Assembly: GCA_030167865.1 (NCBI GenBank) | Contig: JALAGF010005356.1 | Span: forward strand, 1-44,736 | DNA: 44,736 nt | Direction of reading: 5' to 3' | DNA from: Craspedostauros australis | Taxonomy: Eukaryota | In this document: positions 43,028-44,736 of the stretch, piece by piece | Position numbering within the stretch: the stretch's first letter is position 1 | Layout of the letters: each line of letters opens with the position of its first letter | The notes under the pieces: model-generated | What the model saw: only the letters and a program-made list of their open reading frames with translations | Databases searched by the model: none | Told to the model about the DNA's origin: nothing | Position numbers and translations under genes: made by a program

Positions 43028-44736
43028 CACACAACAGTCGACATACTCGACCAAAGTTGACAATCTGTTTGGATGACGTTGGCGGAGCGTGGGTGCTGTT
43101 GCGATCCATGAAGTTTCAACCCGAACACACACAAAATGCCACCCAAATCGGATGAGCGCGTTGTTTGTTGTTGCGGTTTGGACAAACAACGGGCAGCTTT
43201 TTCGCTTGACACCACAACAACGACACACCATGTCGCCTCGCATCACATCACAGTCCATGTATGCAATGCAGGGTACTCATGCAGTGATTGTAATATTTAA
43301 ATATAAGCACTTATATCATCCCATTATGGTGTTTAGAGTAGACTTGTAAATTTTTAAGCTCCTGGGACTTGTAAAAACAAAGTTATTGTGTTGTTGTAGC
43401 CTATGGCTAGAAACGTTAGGCATGCGGACGCAAAGGGGCAGCTGCAGCTCAAAATCTCCAGTCGTGCTTCTACTTGTGCCGAGTCGTGTCCACCATGGAC
43501 ACACTCACATTTCTCGCGGGTGGGGCGGTTGGCTGCAAAGCAATATCATGGACTGCGCAGTGGCAGTAGACATGATGAGGCTGCTGCTTCGTCTGGGCTT
43601 TGGATTGGTGGAAGACATGTAGAGAGCTGTAAATACGTTGGTTGGCAGGTTGCAGGCTCCATGCTATCCACAGGTGGTACACCCCAATGTAGCCTTTCCC
43701 CTCACCCTTATCTTGACCTGGACCCTGCCTTGTTCTCGGTTCTGCCGCTGTTCATGGCCCAAGAGGTTGACCCTACTCCATGTCCCAATCAGCACACACT
43801 GCCTTCCCTCCATATTCCCACTCTATTCTGCAGCCTCGTCCTCGCTTCAGGTCTATTCCCTGCCAGCGTGTTTGGACCTCCTCTCTGCTTGTCGTCGCCA
43901 ACAGCCATTGTTGGATTCTGGCCGTTGTTCATCTGCTCTCCTTGTGGCTTCTTATTTCGGTGTCAATGAACCTGCAAGCACACGAATCACAACACGAGAA
44001 ACAACAAGGAAAGCAACACTGCCGCCACCAGTTGCTTTCCGCACCGTGCCAACAGCTTGCAGATGACCATGACGTCCCTTGTCCAATGGGAGCAAAGCAG
44101 GTTGCACAGGACTTTGTATTAACAAACTAAGCTAAGTGTTACAGAATATTATATTTTGCATTCCCTCGGATACATCACTGTGCTCCATTAAATTATATTG
44201 TGTTGTGTAGTATTCGCAAGTGTCGCTGTTGCTGTGGATGCACAGGGATGCTACCACCAAGGCTGTGGTGATTGACACAACACGCACAAAAGAAGGAAAC
44301 GCCCAACCGAGCCAAATCACCAACAGCGTGAGAATCAAAGAGGACACCATCCATAACGTTGGATACCAACGCAGTCTGACATCGACCGTCAATGACGTCA
44401 TCATTTTCGTCCACGGTGAAGACAAGCCAGCCAGGTATTTGTGTCGTTCAATAAAGCTAAATACATCTAACCCTAATGAACAACACGCCGTATCGTTATC
44501 TAAAAATATCACGATGTACGATATCAAATCCGCAGGATCGTACGTGCGGACGCTGAATGGGGCCAAACGTGGAAAAAGACAACTGATCAAGCCTGTTCTT
44601 CGTTTTGCTGATTGGTATTGCGCTAGGCTACTCTAGAGAGAGTGTTGCTTGATGGTATTCCAAATCTGCTTGCAGCTCTTCTTCTTTGGCGATGCTTGAT
44701 GGATGACAAGATAATGAATAAACTTCTGATACAATC

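Noticed and set aside
44132..44736. Possible gene fragment at the window end
   Set aside because: Competing ORFs on both strands and no recognisable homology; sequence beyond the window is needed.

Overview
Eukaryotic genomic DNA, most consistent with a diatom: GT-AG introns, a bipartite plastid presequence with the ASAF motif, a DUF6824 gene and diatom-type kinase and TPR-like families. About ten host genes are supported: a DUF6824 protein, a multi-pass membrane protein, a membrane-anchored GH5 exo-beta-1,3-glucanase, an eEF2K-like alpha-kinase, two paralogous TPR-like proteins, a HAD-IIB hydrolase, a plastid ATP sulfurylase, a PKDCC/VLK-like kinase and a START-domain protein. The most unusual structure is an ~8.9 kb DNA transposon (16473-25389) with 39-bp terminal inverted repeats and a 3-bp CAA target-site duplication. 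It carries a decayed PIF/Harbinger-type DDE transposase, a long decayed divergent accessory gene and a probable third decayed ORF. Between the two divergent genes sit an 8-bp degenerate repeat, a 122-bp-period array and a ~200-bp-period array with internal inverted repeats. The element's in-frame stops are mostly TGA, and the transposase has Cys at expected Arg sites, consistent with methyl-CpG deamination. All family calls come from motif recognition by eye; no searches were run.
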